A stretch of 64,000 nucleotides of DNA from Candidatus Kaiserbacteria bacterium RIFCSPLOWO2_01_FULL_50_24 (GTDB lineage: Bacteria; Patescibacteriota; Minisyncoccia; Phycocordibacterales; UBA2100). Location of the stretch: NCBI GenBank assembly GCA_001783335.1, contig MFLU01000016.1:688-64687 (forward strand). The letters are read 5' to 3'. The notes below the pieces were generated by a model that made no database searches, was not told the origin of the DNA, and was given only the letters and a program-made list of their open reading frames with translations. Shown here one piece after another: positions 19,663 through 28,720 of the stretch (its first letter is position 1; every line of letters starts with the position of its first letter). Position numbers and translations under genes: made by a program.

Positions 19663-21846
19663 ATGCAAATTTCGATTGAACGTATATTCGCCGCCTTTTT
19701 CGCGGCCGCCTCCGCGCTCGCGTTGGTAGTAACGCGGGTTGTGGCGAGCTATGGCACTCCAGAATCCCCGCTTCAAGCGTTTTACATAGAAGGACTCTCG
19801 CGCACGTTCGTGGAAGCAAGCGCTCTCCTATTCGCAGCCGCAGTTATCTTTGGAATATATGCGACGTCTGCGAGCTTTTGCAGTCGCGTGCATGATGTAG
19901 CAGAAAAAATAGGAGAGTATCTACGCGCCTGTTCATTGTGGCACTACGCCGTCATCTCGTTTTCAGCAACTGCCGCATTACTTTTTTTACTGAATGCGCC
20001 GGGCATCATCTATGGCACGTTCTTGATAGACGACTACAAGATGTATGCCATTGCGACAGAGCGAAGCGTATGGGAGCTATTTTGGATACCAATAAACGAC
20101 CACGTAATTCCACTTTTCTGGTTTGAACTTAAAGCAATATTCTCCATAATCGGACCGAATCCGCCGCTCTTGAATTTTCCCCTCTTCTTTCCCGCGATAG
20201 TCGCGATTGGCGGAGCTGCCGTACTCTTGCGCATGCTAGGATTCGGTCCAAGCACGCTTTTCGTTCTCCTCGGCACCTTTGCGACCACAACCGTAGTCAG
20301 CCATCAGCTGTACGGTTTTTATGCCGTCGCACCTTATATCCAAGTGCTCGCCATTTTCACCCTCTCGCTTATATGTTTCGTGAGGGCGCAGCAATCGAAG
20401 CACTTCGCGCGCGGCTACCTCGCGCTCTCGCTTTTGTTGCTCGCCATGACACTTCTTCTTGAGAGCGGCGGCGTATGGACGCCCATCGCCTACGTGCTCT
20501 TTATATATGCCTTCAACATACTTCACAGTGGTACGTGGAGCATCCGTTCAACACTCTCGGCGAACACCGGAACCCTAATTGCGGTATTAACGATAGCACT
20601 CTCCTACGCCGCGTACCTTATCGCGCTCCCCCGTTATGCCGCAGAATCATTCATCGGCTTTGACCGACTTCCTATTACATTTGACACTGTGCTTGAGCTG
20701 TACCATGTCCTCACAGCTGGCACCCTGCTCTCACTTGTGGCACCGCGGCTCGGTCTCATCATGAGCCAGCCGCGTCTTGAAGTATTCATCATGCCGTGGT
20801 GGCACATTGCAATGTTCGCGCTCTTTTGCGCGTTCGCTGCTCTCGTTGTATATGCCATACACAGAGGCACACTACGCATGCGCGTCTTGGTGCCATACTT
20901 CGCGCTTATCATGCTCGGCACCGCGCTTCTCGTTGCGATTGCCCGCCCCAGTTCAAACCTCGCCGCTTTTTACCGAGACCAAAATCTTCTCTTTCCTCTA
21001 TTCTTCCTCGCACTTGCTCTCGCTGTATTCGCTCACGAATGGATACGGAGCGCAACACAAGATACGAGCCGGCGCGCGCGTACCGCAGCGGTAATGGCGT
21101 TTCTCATTGTCGTTTTCGTGTCACAACATGTGTTTTCGTTCTACAAAGAACAATATTTTGCCGACATAACATTTAATAGGTCTCTCATTGAGCGCATGCG
21201 GGAAACGCTTACGCCGGCATTAAACGAACTCGCGTCCTCCGCATCCGCGCCACTTTCGGTACCCTCACTAAGCTCGTTCTTCGTCAGGGGTGACGGCAAC
21301 TACCAAGTCCCAGAGCTCTCTGCTTTCTCTTCCTTCATCGGAATTCAAGGTGTAGAGTGGCTTCCGATACACTATGGACCGTACGGCGCATCAACATCGC
21401 CAGCGTTCATTGAGGCACTCAAGCACGATCTACGCCTACGCGAGCGGTATCTCACAAACGGCGAAATGTATGAAAATTGCGTGTCAGAGCCGTGGGGCAA
21501 AGACGCCATATCCGCATCGCCTAAAAAGCCGGTTCGCCTCGCCACATCAGTCGATACCGCACGCACGCATGAACTGCACTTTGACCTTGAGGCGCATGGT
21601 GCGCCGGAAAAGATTTTTATTGACCTTGCTTTTAAGAACGATTTCAACGCGACGGGAACTCGCGCATACATTCGCCTTGACCAGTACACACTGCCCGCCG
21701 CCGCGGACGAGCGGCGCTACGTCTGTAGTGTAGACCTAAACGAGATACCGGCCTTCGCGCTATCACCCAGAGTGTCTAACCTCACCATGACGATAACCAC
21801 CCCGGGCGAGTATATCCTCAAGGGAAACCGCCTTGAGTCACGCTAG
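19663..21846 (+). CDS. Large polytopic membrane protein (possible GT-C)
   Basis: More than 10 TMs, FLIDDY motif and a soluble C-terminal domain; start ATG 19663 lies 7 nt after TATACT. Confidence 0.55.
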   Translation: MQISIERIFAAFFAAASALALVVTRVVASYGTPESPLQAFYIEGLSRTFVEASALLFAAAVIFGIYATSASFCSRVHDVAEKIGEYLRACSLWHYAVISFSATAALLFLLNAPGIIYGTFLIDDYKMYAIATERSVWELFWIPINDHVIPLFWFELKAIFSIIGPNPPLLNFPLFFPAIVAIGGAAVLLRMLGFGPSTLFVLLGTFATTTVVSHQLYGFYAVAPYIQVLAIFTLSLICFVRAQQSKHFARGYLALSLLLLAMTLLLESGGVWTPIAYVLFIYAFNILHSGTWSIRSTLSANTGTLIAVLTIALSYAAYLIALPRYAAESFIGFDRLPITFDTVLELYHVLTAGTLLSLVAPRLGLIMSQPRLEVFIMPWWHIAMFALFCAFAALVVYAIHRGTLRMRVLVPYFALIMLGTALLVAIARPSSNLAAFYRDQNLLFPLFFLALALAVFAHEWIRSATQDTSRRARTAAVMAFLIVVFVSQHVFSFYKEQYFADITFNRSLIERMRETLTPALNELASSASAPLSVPSLSSFFVRGDGNYQVPELSAFSSFIGIQGVEWLPIHYGPYGASTSPAFIEALKHDLRLRERYLTNGEMYENCVSEPWGKDAISASPKKPVRLATSVDTARTHELHFDLEAHGAPEKIFIDLAFKNDFNATGTRAYIRLDQYTLPAAADERRYVCSVDLNEIPAFALSPRVSNLTMTITTPGEYILKGNRLESR

Positions 21847-22236
21847 TGTGGTGTTTTCAAAATAGCTTTACACATGATGACATGTTTGAGCTGTTAGCCG
21901 AAAGCGAGCGCAGATGTCGCCCGAGAGAACATCGCGTAGGAGACTCTCATGGTAGGATACGATTTTACGCAGTAGTGATACAGAAACCTTTACCGCTCAC
22001 GTCCTGTTCGGGGCGGGCGACATCTAGCGAGCGAAGCCCCCGACACTTACTTTGGCATTGCTTTCTGTTGTGCCTTACGAGTACTTATCCGCCTCCGGTA
22101 AGGTGGGTTATTTCCGTCTAGTGATAGTAATCTCTATGCTCGCGCACAACGATGCCAGAGTAAGTGTGGGGGCGAAGGCCTCAAACATGTAGATTTCCTC
22201 AACAACTGTAAAGTTATTTTTCTAACAGTACACTAG
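21843..22236. other. About 390-nt branched self-complementary intergenic element
   Basis: Nested stems 21843-49/22230-36, 21859-72/22207-20, 21880-90/22180-90, 21912-22/22015-25 and 22036-51/22159-73. Confidence 0.75.
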
Positions 22237-23366
22237 GACCGGCGGAAAACGACAAGCCGATACGCGAAGAAATTTGCGACTGCGATTATGCCGTTTGTGA
22301 TTATGGCGGCTATAAGATAGAGAATACCGATGAGCTCAACCAAAAACCACATGAGGGCAAGATTCGTCACTAGACCGAGCCCTATGACACATAGATAGAG
22401 CACAATCTGAATGTGTGTGTGCGAGAGATTGCGTTCGCGGAAGGTGAAAAATTTATGGAGTGAGAAGCTCACCATTATTCCGATGCTGAAGGCGGCCGCG
22501 GAAGCGAGCAAGTAGTGGAATCCTACGAACTCTACAAGCGCATATAGAACAGCGAGGTTCACTGCCACAGCTGTACAGCCGGAAATGAGGTAACGAACTA
22601 TTTGGCCGATAGGCATATGAAAAACATTTTTCAAAAGACGTTTGCCGATGTGCAAGACGTTCGGCGGCAGAACGCTCAAGAAAGGCACCATAAGCCGCCA
22701 GCGCTCGGCATAGTAGAGGTACTTTTGCGGATGAGCGAGTGATAATGCCTTGCCGTGTCCGGAGTGTATTTCCTCTACAAGCTTCGGGTAGCCCTGGAGG
22801 GCATCCTTACGCACATACAACAAGATATTTTGTTGATAGAAAAAAGAAACGCGCGAGTCACCCCAAATGTGTCGCCGAAGCGCGTCAACAGGCACAAAGC
22901 CATTAGTGGTAAATTTTTTCTCCCAGTACTCGGGCCACTGCTCGTTTATATGGCGCGAACCACCCTGCAGAGGTATTGCGGCGGAAAAGAGAACGACTGG
23001 CGCAGAAGCCGTGAGGGTTTCAACGAGCGTATCGGATATTGAATCGGACAGATGCTCGCCTACCTCCAAGCACACCGCCAAGTCAAACGTTCGCTCAAGC
23101 GTTATCGGCTTCTCCAAATCAACGGCGTGAAAATGCTCTTTCGGGAACGCAAGTTTCTCGCGCTCCACATAGTCGCCATCGTATCCTTCCACATCAGCAA
23201 TACCCTGCTCCAAAAACGCCTTGAGCCACAGTCCTCTCCCACAGCCGATATCTACCACGCTTTTAGGATGCACGAGCCCGGCCACTAGAGGCGCCACAAC
23301 TCGCGCAGAGACAAAATTGGGCTCATCCATTTCGTCAAAAAACGTCTGACTGTATGAAGTCGTCAT
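22233..23366 (-). CDS. SAM methyltransferase fused to a GtrA-family domain
   Basis: VVDIGCGRG and FDLAVCLEVGEHL; C-terminal IVRYLISG...SFSLHKFFTF...NFFAYRLVVF. Confidence 0.8.
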   Translation of the reverse strand: MTTSYSQTFFDEMDEPNFVSARVVAPLVAGLVHPKSVVDIGCGRGLWLKAFLEQGIADVEGYDGDYVEREKLAFPKEHFHAVDLEKPITLERTFDLAVCLEVGEHLSDSISDTLVETLTASAPVVLFSAAIPLQGGSRHINEQWPEYWEKKFTTNGFVPVDALRRHIWGDSRVSFFYQQNILLYVRKDALQGYPKLVEEIHSGHGKALSLAHPQKYLYYAERWRLMVPFLSVLPPNVLHIGKRLLKNVFHMPIGQIVRYLISGCTAVAVNLAVLYALVEFVGFHYLLASAAAFSIGIMVSFSLHKFFTFRERNLSHTHIQIVLYLCVIGLGLVTNLALMWFLVELIGILYLIAAIITNGIIAVANFFAYRLVVFRRS

Positions 23367-23374
23367 CGTTGCCA

Positions 23375-23420
23375 GTATACCCCTACACCAATTTTGACCA
23401 AAGTTGGTGTGGGGGTATAC
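23375..23420. repeat. CCCCACACC-family hairpin; partial direct copy at 24016-24048
   Basis: GTATACCCCTACACCAATTTTGACCAAAGTTGGTGTGGGGGTATAC versus GTATACTCCCCACACTAACTTGGACCAAAGTTG. Confidence 0.75.
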
Positions 23421-23458
23421 CCCATGAGATAACGACGTCCATTTCGCCCCCCGCATTT

Positions 23459-23486
23459 ACCCGCACATACTTAAGTATATGCGGGT
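23459..23486. repeat. Palindrome B, downstream copy
   Basis: ACCCGCACAT-ACTTAAGT-ATATGCGGGT. Confidence 0.85.
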
Positions 23487-23571
23487 GTACTTTAATGAAT
23501 TGTTGCGAATCAGACCGATCTGGTTAATCTGGCGGAGTGATTTGGAAGGTCGATTCAGTAAGTCGGGCGAA

Positions 23572-23877
23572 TCAATCATCGCTAGCGGTCATGTGTGAAA
23601 ACGAGATGATGAAATCAACAAAAATTTTTCCGTATGGCGTAAGATTGTGATGCAAAGCACGGCCTTCATACATCTTCTCCACGAGGCCTGCGATGACAAG
23701 GCGACGTATGTGTTCGCTGATTGTTTTCTGATTACCTTTGAGCTCTTCGATTATGTCCTCCTGAATGACACCCGGGTTGCGCGCGATGAACAGTATTATT
23801 TGAATGCGTCTATGGTTTGAAACACCTTTGAAATGGCGCTCCAACTTTCTCGGACTTTTAACTTTCTTTCCCGCCAT
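23572..23877 (-). CDS. ArsR/SmtB-like winged-HTH protein, paralog 2
   Basis: KSPRKLERHFKGVSNHRRIQII...TISEHIRRLVIAGLV. Confidence 0.8.
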   Translation of the reverse strand: MAGKKVKSPRKLERHFKGVSNHRRIQIILFIARNPGVIQEDIIEELKGNQKTISEHIRRLVIAGLVEKMYEGRALHHNLTPYGKIFVDFIISFSHMTASDD

Positions 23878-23886
23878 GGTATGGAT

Positions 23887-23914
23887 ACCCGCATATACTT
23901 AGGTATATGAGTAT
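23887..23914. promoter_or_regulatory. Palindrome B, upstream copy (putative operator)
   Basis: ACCCGCATAT-ACTTAGGT-ATATGAGTAT, about 10 nt before the ATG. Confidence 0.7.
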
Positions 23915-24076
23915 ATTATCATGTAATGATAGGTGTCGCTATTGTACCTCTGCGGTACCTCTGCGATCGGTTGCAGAAGATGAGATACATCGGTTTGATG
24001 TTTCTATCTTATTGGGTATACTCCCCACACTAACTTGGACCAAAGTTGATTTTCAAAAAGGTCCGACTTTGATTGG

Positions 24077-24112
24077 AAAAAGAAAAATCGCTCCAGAGAA
24101 ATCCCGGGGCGA
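24077..24112 (-). terminator. Probable intrinsic terminator
   Basis: Minus strand TCGCCCCGGGATTTCTCTGGAGCGA followed by TTTTTCTTTTT, after the HD-domain gene. Confidence 0.55.
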
Positions 24113-24141
24113 CATAGTTCACAAAGAAAACAACGGCGTTC

Positions 24142-24897
24142 TTAACCAAATATAGGATAGTAAGTTCCGAGCGCCTTTTTGATGTCATCTTCAACGGTGT
24201 TTTCAACTTTGCATTCTCGCGCGAGCTGCGCGCCAAGCGCGCGCACAAAATCTATAAAAGCACGCAGGTCCTTTTTGTTGATGAGCGAACGCGCCCTATC
24301 AGACGGCAGCATGTTGACCCACTCCAAGACACGAAAGAAGTCGTCGTACACGGACTTCATCCGACCCTCCACTGTTGTTCCGTATCCAAGCGGCCGCTCC
24401 GTATCGTAAGGGGGCACATGCAGCCCACGAAACGCAGCCGCGCTCATAATGCCGAGCGGATTTAACCGGTCGAGCTTGTCCGCAATGCGAAGCGCCGTGA
24501 GCACATGAGAATCGCCCGGCTCATCGTCTTTCTTGTTGTGTTGTACAACCACGTCGATGATGCGGGCTACAGCGTCTGCAGAAAATGGGTGCTCTTCTGT
24601 AAAGAAGCTTTCTGCAACAACCCCTAGCGCTTCCTTAAAGCTATGTCCCGAGTTCTTAAGAGCACTAATCCTATCAGCGTATGGTTGCACGCGATCAATG
24701 TTGTGCAACCACACAGCAACCTCAAACTCATTCGAGTCAAACGTGAGATTGCAGCACTTGCGAATCCGTTTGCCAAATCCCGCCACTCGCATAACGTGCC
24801 ACACATCGTGGCCAGCTGACGAATTCGGCATTGTGTAGAGCGGCGTGAGTTTTTCCTTAAGCCCCGTAATGAAGCTATCGAAATCGTGCTTCTGCAT
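24142..24897 (-). CDS. HD-superfamily hydrolase-like protein
   Basis: GHDVWHVMRV, WLHNID (HN in place of HD), IADKLD. Confidence 0.7.
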   Translation of the reverse strand: MQKHDFDSFITGLKEKLTPLYTMPNSSAGHDVWHVMRVAGFGKRIRKCCNLTFDSNEFEVAVWLHNIDRVQPYADRISALKNSGHSFKEALGVVAESFFTEEHPFSADAVARIIDVVVQHNKKDDEPGDSHVLTALRIADKLDRLNPLGIMSAAAFRGLHVPPYDTERPLGYGTTVEGRMKSVYDDFFRVLEWVNMLPSDRARSLINKKDLRAFIDFVRALGAQLARECKVENTVEDDIKKALGTYYPIFG

Positions 24898-24908
24898 GCT
24901 GTCCTCCC

Positions 24909-25247
24909 TTATAATGGCACTACAGTGAACGGCAGATTGAGATCACCGACCTGCCAGTCAGATACTTCACGAACTATATCCGTGATTTCCTTGTGCTTTG
25001 GATGGACGCGAAATGCCTGAAGCGCCGCATCATCCCGAAAGACCGCAATCTCAACTAGATGCACGCCCTTGCGCACATCGAGATTCCAGTCGACCTTCCA
25101 AAAAAGGATGCCGGCGGCTTCGCCTCCGCAATCCTTATCGAGCGTCTGATAGCGCTCATAAACTTCACGCTTCACAGCTTCTGATGCTGTGTCGCGAAAA
25201 GAAATGAGAACTTGATGCCATAAGAAAGTCTTCTTGGTCTTGGCCAT
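24909..25247 (-). CDS. Dabb-family (stress-responsive alpha/beta barrel) protein
   Basis: HQVLISF...FRDDAALQAFRVHPKH. Confidence 0.7.
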   Translation of the reverse strand: MAKTKKTFLWHQVLISFRDTASEAVKREVYERYQTLDKDCGGEAAGILFWKVDWNLDVRKGVHLVEIAVFRDDAALQAFRVHPKHKEITDIVREVSDWQVGDLNLPFTVVPL

Positions 25248-25327
25248 TGCTGTCTTCCTTTCCCAGTTTTAACTTACGCAAGTATATCACATTTTGCAAT
25301 TATTGCAAGAGCCCATATACTGTTTCT

Positions 25328-27118
25328 ATGTGTGGCATTATCGGCATGGTCGGGGGCGAGCGTGATAACCGTAACACGGCAATTCACAAAGCCGTCTCAA
25401 CGCTCGTACGGCGCGGACCAGACGACAAGGGCGTAACGGATTTTTCAAAAGCAACTCTTGGACATACTCGCCTCTCCATCATAGACCTCACTACTGGGGC
25501 TCAGCCGATGAAAGACAATCGGCATGACATGGCTATTACTTTTAACGGCGAAATATACAATTACAAAAAATTACGCGTGAGGCTTGAGCAAAAAGGACAT
25601 TCTTTTTCTACCACATCAGATACGGAAGTAATTCTCAAATCCTATTCAGAATACGGCGACAAATGTCCGGAATATCTGGACGGACAATTTACATTTGCCA
25701 TTTGGGACAACGAAAAAGAACGCCTTTTCATGGCACGCGACCGTTTCGGCGAAAAACCCCTCTTTTACCATTATCAAGGTCCGGCCTTGATATTTGCATC
25801 AGAAATCAAAGCACTGCTCGCAACCGGTCTTGTAAACAATACATTAGACCGAACATCTCTCGACAATTATCTCGCACTCTATTTCATCCCGCCGTGGCGA
25901 AGTATGTATCGCGACATCACGCCGCTTCTGCCGGCTCATCGGGCAGTGTTTCAAAATGGCAAGCTGACAATTGAAAGATACTGGAAGCTTACTCATGAAA
26001 CTAATTCCGTATCATATGATGACGCTGCCGCGCGCGTACGCGAGCTTCTAGCCGAGTCCGTAAAAAGTAGGATGGTTGCGGATGTGGAGGTCGGTGTATT
26101 CCTTTCAGGCGGCATTGACTCAAGCATCGTAACCGCGCTTGCGCAGCGTGCCGCAGACCGTCCGCTTAAATCGTTTTCTGCAGGATTTGATGAACATATC
26201 AACGAACTTCCTTATGCGCGGAAAATTGCGGCACATGTGGGCACCGACCATTACGAGCGCAATGTGCCGGTTTTGCTTGATGACATCCGCGCCGTCACCC
26301 GTTATTACGACGAGCCGCTCGGTGATTCTTCAAACGTTCCCACCGCCCTGATATCGAAATTTGCGCGAGGCCCCGTTAGAGGCAGTGCCTCTAACGGGGT
26401 GAAAGTCGTCTTATCCGGAGACGGTGGTGATGAACTCTTTTTTGGCTACGGCCATTACCGCGCGCACTGGCATTTGCCAAAGGTAAAAAAGTTGCTCGCA
26501 CTCGTCTTGGGTTTTTCGCCAGATGCACTCTACAAACGCAGTCACCTCAATATGTTTTCTCCGCACGAACGCGCCCACCTATGGAAAGACCGCGGCGCGG
26601 TAGAAAGTGACCCGACCAAATATGTGGATCTATCGGAGGCGAAAACATCGCTCCAGAAAATCAACCTGCTTGATATATACCTGAAGCTCCCTGGGGACAT
26701 GCTCACGAAAGTGGACCGTTCATCAATGATGCACTCGCTTGAAGTGCGGAGCCCATTCTTGAATCACGAACTCGCACAATTTGCGTTTAATCTGCCGGAT
26801 GATTACAAGACAGACCGAGGACGAGGAAAACTCATACTCCAAAAAGCATGTGGTGATTTGCTGCCGGAAAATGTTTTTACGCGAAAAAAACAAGGATTCG
26901 GGGCGCCTGTAAGGCATTGGCTCAAGGAAGATCCTGTGCGCGCCCTAATGAATGAGATGTTTAAAGACCCACGCTCGGCAGCCATCTTCAATGCAGACGT
27001 TATGCGTTCCTATATAAACGATTTCTATTCAGGAAATTCGGCTTTGAGCTACAAAATATGGATGCTTTTTACGCTTGAGCTCTGGATGCGCGAGCATGAC
27101 GGCGCCTACTCGTTTTGA
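25328..27118 (+). CDS. asnB: Asparagine synthase-like amidotransferase, second paralog
   Basis: MCGIIG, RRGPDD, FNGEIYNY, FLSGGIDSS, SLEVRSPFL. Confidence 0.9.
   Translation: MCGIIGMVGGERDNRNTAIHKAVSTLVRRGPDDKGVTDFSKATLGHTRLSIIDLTTGAQPMKDNRHDMAITFNGEIYNYKKLRVRLEQKGHSFSTTSDTEVILKSYSEYGDKCPEYLDGQFTFAIWDNEKERLFMARDRFGEKPLFYHYQGPALIFASEIKALLATGLVNNTLDRTSLDNYLALYFIPPWRSMYRDITPLLPAHRAVFQNGKLTIERYWKLTHETNSVSYDDAAARVRELLAESVKSRMVADVEVGVFLSGGIDSSIVTALAQRAADRPLKSFSAGFDEHINELPYARKIAAHVGTDHYERNVPVLLDDIRAVTRYYDEPLGDSSNVPTALISKFARGPVRGSASNGVKVVLSGDGGDELFFGYGHYRAHWHLPKVKKLLALVLGFSPDALYKRSHLNMFSPHERAHLWKDRGAVESDPTKYVDLSEAKTSLQKINLLDIYLKLPGDMLTKVDRSSMMHSLEVRSPFLNHELAQFAFNLPDDYKTDRGRGKLILQKACGDLLPENVFTRKKQGFGAPVRHWLKEDPVRALMNEMFKDPRSAAIFNADVMRSYINDFYSGNSALSYKIWMLFTLELWMREHDGAYSF
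26371..26399. repeat. In-frame CCCCGTTAGA/TCTAACGGGG palindrome
   Basis: CCCCGTTAGAGGCA-G-TGCCTCTAACGGGG encoding PVRGSASNG. Confidence 0.9.
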
Positions 27119-28572
27119 GTGGGCGCTTCTTGCCCACACCGCGCCCAAGCGCACGACCCACGTGTGCGCGTGAGACGCCTGGAGCTGCGGGAGCTCCCGC
27201 ACCACCCGGAATTAACCAGTTCTTATCACCAACTTCGTGATACTCTATCGGGCCGAAATCTATATTTTTCCAAACTCCGGTATTGTCAATAATTAACTTA
27301 CAATTTTCTAGATTGCTTTTAATACGCTTATAATTTGTATACACATACTTTGCATGACCAGAGACAATTAATAAAGTATCAAATTCGCTAAGTCCTTCCG
27401 GAAAATCAAACGCTTCTGCCCCAGTAATTTCTTTTAATTCGCGTTTTGAATAATAGGGGTCATTAACTTTTACACGCACTCCGTATTCTTTTAAATGTCT
27501 GACAATTCTTAAGGCAGGACTTAGAACGTGAACTTTTATATCAGGAGCATACGCAACCCCCAGTATGCCGACAGCTTTTACCCCCCCTCTTCGCCAAGCT
27601 TTTTGCAACTCTCCGCGGTTGGTCGTAATCAAAATCAACAGAGTTTTTAAGGAGAGTTAAAGCTTCCGGGTTTTTGCACCCACTCAAAACATAATGTGGC
27701 GCTAGTGGAAGACAGTAACCGCCGGTGCCAAAGCTGGGATGAAATGTGCCGACATTCCACTTTGTTCCGACCAATTTTAGAATCTTCTTCATATTCAAAT
27801 CGGGATACGCAACAGATAACTGATTGGCCAGGGTTATATCCACTTGTCTATAAGAATTTTCTATACTTTTTACAATTGTGGCTTGCTTATGATCGTCCGC
27901 TTTCAACACGGTGCCGCAAACTAAACTCAATACATCAACCATTAACTCGGTTGTTTTTTTGTTTGTTCCACCAACAACTCTTGGAATGGTTTTTAACGTT
28001 TTACTAGCATCAACAAAGTGGTCTCTTCTGGGCGCCACGCCTATCAAGATGTCTTTCCCGACTTTCAGTCCCTTGCTTGCCAGCAGCGGGATGATCACGT
28101 CATCGACAACATGCGTGGACAAAGTGCTCTCAATAATGACCAGTGGCGGATAATCCGTTTTTACATTTTTATACGTAGCCATTGTTTCAAAGACATCTTT
28201 CAGATGCTTATCATACGGGAGATGCTCACCGAATTTATTTTCTTTCTCAGTCGGAACGGCCACTAAATGCACAGGAAAATCATTGCTGATTAGAACCCGC
28301 CGTTTACTTGTGGCTTTTATCAACCCGTCACGAAACATCGGCTCCACGTCAAAACCAAGCCAGAAATCTAAATTGGGGAAGGATTTTTCACCTTTATGTT
28401 TTAACTTACCTTTTTTATTAATAAACTTTATTTTCTCTGCAAGTGTGTCATACCCCACACAACGAATGCCGGACATCGCGAAATAAGCCATTGAGGAGTA
28501 GCCGATGTAGCCCAAACCCCAAACGGCGACACCTTTTTCTCTGTATTTCAACTCTTTTATAATCTTATTCAT
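27069..28572 (-). pseudogene. Nucleotide-sugar dehydrogenase (WecC/WbpA-like) split by a frameshift at G7 (27581-27587)
   Basis: N-terminal part has WGLGYIG, IIESTL, KSIENSYR and GTGGYCLP; C-terminal part GILGVAYAPDI is in another frame; G6 would join them. Confidence 0.8.
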
Positions 28573-28720
28573 ACATCTTCACACTTAAGATACTGGACCC
28601 GAACCACTTTCAATCAACCATATCAATAGCGTGCGGTAATGTACAATTGACACCGCAAGATTTGTGTGGACGTTTGCCTTAGAACTCTGAATGTGCGAGC
28701 ATGAAAAGTGCTTACGGCAC

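Noticed and set aside
21846-22121. 91-aa ORF in the structured intergenic region
   Set aside because: No recognisable features; the region is explained by base pairing
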